Source of the DNA: Streptosporangiales bacterium
GTDB lineage: Bacteria > Actinomycetota > Actinomycetes > Streptosporangiales > WHST01
Reading direction: 5' to 3'
Assembly: GCA_009379825.1 (NCBI GenBank)
Contig: WHTA01000006.1
Location: forward strand, 65,858 to 129,857
Length of the DNA: 64,000 nt
The notes beneath the pieces are model-generated. The model was not told the DNA's origin and did no database searches. It saw only the letters and a list, made by a program, of their open reading frames with translations. Shown here in pieces: positions 62,901 through 64,000 of this stretch. The translations under genes and the position numbers were made by a program. Positions within the stretch are counted from its first letter, which is position 1. Every line of letters starts with the position of its first letter.

Positions 62901-63647
62901 ACCGTGGCGTTCAGCCCGGACGGCTCGCTGCTCGCCGCGGCCGGCCGCGACAACGCCGTGCGGCTGTGGGACGTCAGCTCGCCCGGCCGGCCACGACAGC
63001 TCGCCACCATGGGCGCACCGCGCGACGTGGTGCTCGACCTCGACTGGGCACCGGGCGGCCGCACCCTCGCGGCCGCGAGCGCCGACAGCAAGGTGTACCT
63101 CTACGACCTTGCCGAGCCGGCCCAACCCCGCCGTCGCGCAGTGCTCGACGGGCTGGACAGCTACGTCTACAGCGCCACGTTCAGCCCGGACGGCGACGTG
63201 CTCGCCATCGGCGGGGTGGACAGCACCGTGCTGCTGTGGGACGTGCACCGACCCGACCGGCCGCACCGCATCGGTGCACCGCTGAGCGGACCGTCAGGAC
63301 GCATCTTCGAGCTCACCTTCCACCCGCGCGGCCACCTGCTCGCCGGGTCGGTCATCGACGGCACCACGTGGCTGTGGGACGTCTCGCAGCCACGCCGGGC
63401 GACGACGCAGGCGGTGCTGGCACCGACCGGCTCGCCGCAGAACGCGGCCACGTTCCGGCCCACGGGGGACGCACTGGTCGCCGGCGGCGGCGACCAGGTG
63501 ATCCGCACCTGGCGCACGAACGAGGCCGCGGTGATCGAACGGATCTGCGCCCGCAGCGGCGACCGAATCACGAAGGGCGAGTGGCGTACGTACCTGCCCG
63601 ACCTGCCGTACGACCCGCCCTGCCGGCGGGACGGCACCCCCGCGTAG
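59914..63647 (+). pseudogene. HTH / P-loop STAND NTPase / hydrophobic helix / ~14 WD40-repeat protein, interrupted by a 1-nt frameshift
   Basis: XRE-like HTH (RNLSARTGYSPSTLSAAAAG). PYRGLTSFTTADADLYFGRE, Walker A GASGVGKSS and Walker B LVVDQLEE. The frames switch near 60808-60809; GCCGGCTGCCG would restore ...GQAGLPLLSHAMLETW if it read GCCGGGCTGCCG. About 14 repeats end in xWD(V/L). Length is 3734 nt (3n+2). Confidence 0.8.
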
Positions 63648-63651
63648 GCGG

Positions 63652-64000
63652 TCAGGGCACGACGCCGAGCAGTTTCGGCAGCTCGCGCATGTCGTCGAAG
63701 ACCACCGTGCCCAGGCCGCTCAGCCAGTCGGCTGGCGTGATCCCACCCGCATAGCCAAACGCGCGCATGCCCGCGGCGCGCGCGGCCTGCACGCCGTAGT
63801 GGCTGTCCTCCACCACGGCGCACCCGGCCGGCTCGACGCCCAGCTGGCCGGCGGCGTGCAGGAACAGGTCGGGTGCGGGCTTGCCGTGCTCGACCTCGGT
63901 GGCGCTGTAGATGCGGCCGGCGAACCGGTCGTACAGCCCGGTCAGCCCCAGCGTGCCGCGCATCTTCCTGTGGCTGCCGCTGGACGCGACGCAGGTCGCC
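63652..64000 (-). CDS. HAD-IA family hydrolase (beta-phosphoglucomutase-like), C-terminal part; 5' end lies outside the window
   Basis: GKPAPDLFL and [17 protein letters not shown] (HAD motifs III/IV). The frame stays open upstream of the first Met to the window edge (..[10 protein letters not shown]..). Confidence 0.8.
   Translation of the reverse strand, partial: ATCVASSGSHRKMRGTLGLTGLYDRFAGRIYSATEVEHGKPAPDLFLHAAGQLGVEPAGCAVVEDSHYGVQAARAAGMRAFGYAGGITPADWLSGLGTVVFDDMRELPKLLGVVP

Noticed and set aside
58158-63647. The EEP nuclease-fold gene plus the STAND-WD40 gene, considered as a two-gene antiphage defence operon.
   Set aside because: The genes are divergently transcribed. The EEP protein has a clear secretion signal, so it would not act on intracellular phage DNA. 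Its composition also differs from that of the STAND gene. They are reported as separate observations instead.

Overview
This is a high-GC chromosomal segment. Hand-counted samples give about 73% G+C in typical genes. BldC, HspR/HAIR, mycothiol-type DinB enzymes and acVLRF1 point to Actinomycetota. All protein identifications rest on motifs I recognised in the supplied translations; no database search was possible. The backbone is housekeeping: panC-panB; a scattered but nearly complete purine set (purM, purF, purL, purQ, purS, purB, purD, purA); fbaA; pyrE; dcd; and one minus-strand heat-shock block, dnaK-grpE-dnaJ-hspR-clpB, with two HspR-type inverted repeats at its promoter. Accessory material is interspersed. 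It includes an HTH/Clp_N pair next to an acVLRF1-type peptidyl-tRNA hydrolase, bldC, and a TetR/NAD(P)H-binding pair. A carbohydrate locus lies between purB and purD (cellulase-like GH, ABC transporter, GH13-like enzyme, SDR, with a divergent GntR and an enolase-superfamily enzyme). Near the 3' end are a secreted EEP-family phosphodiesterase and a large HTH/P-loop STAND/WD40 protein. The observations most worth follow-up are these. (1) Two tandem paralogs fuse a minimal nucleotidyltransferase-like domain to a Yip1-like polytopic membrane domain, and one paralog has lost the catalytic motif. (2) The purQ-stop/purL-start junction is triplicated, creating two translationally coupled chimeric mini-ORFs, and a second, more diverged junction duplication sits at the GH13/SDR boundary. 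(3) Five single-base deletions, four or five of them at short G/C runs, each break an accessory gene. (4) The EEP gene is compositionally atypical and Lys/Cys-rich, with an internally duplicated C-terminal module. I found no rRNA, tRNA, CRISPR array or recognisable IS/transposase.
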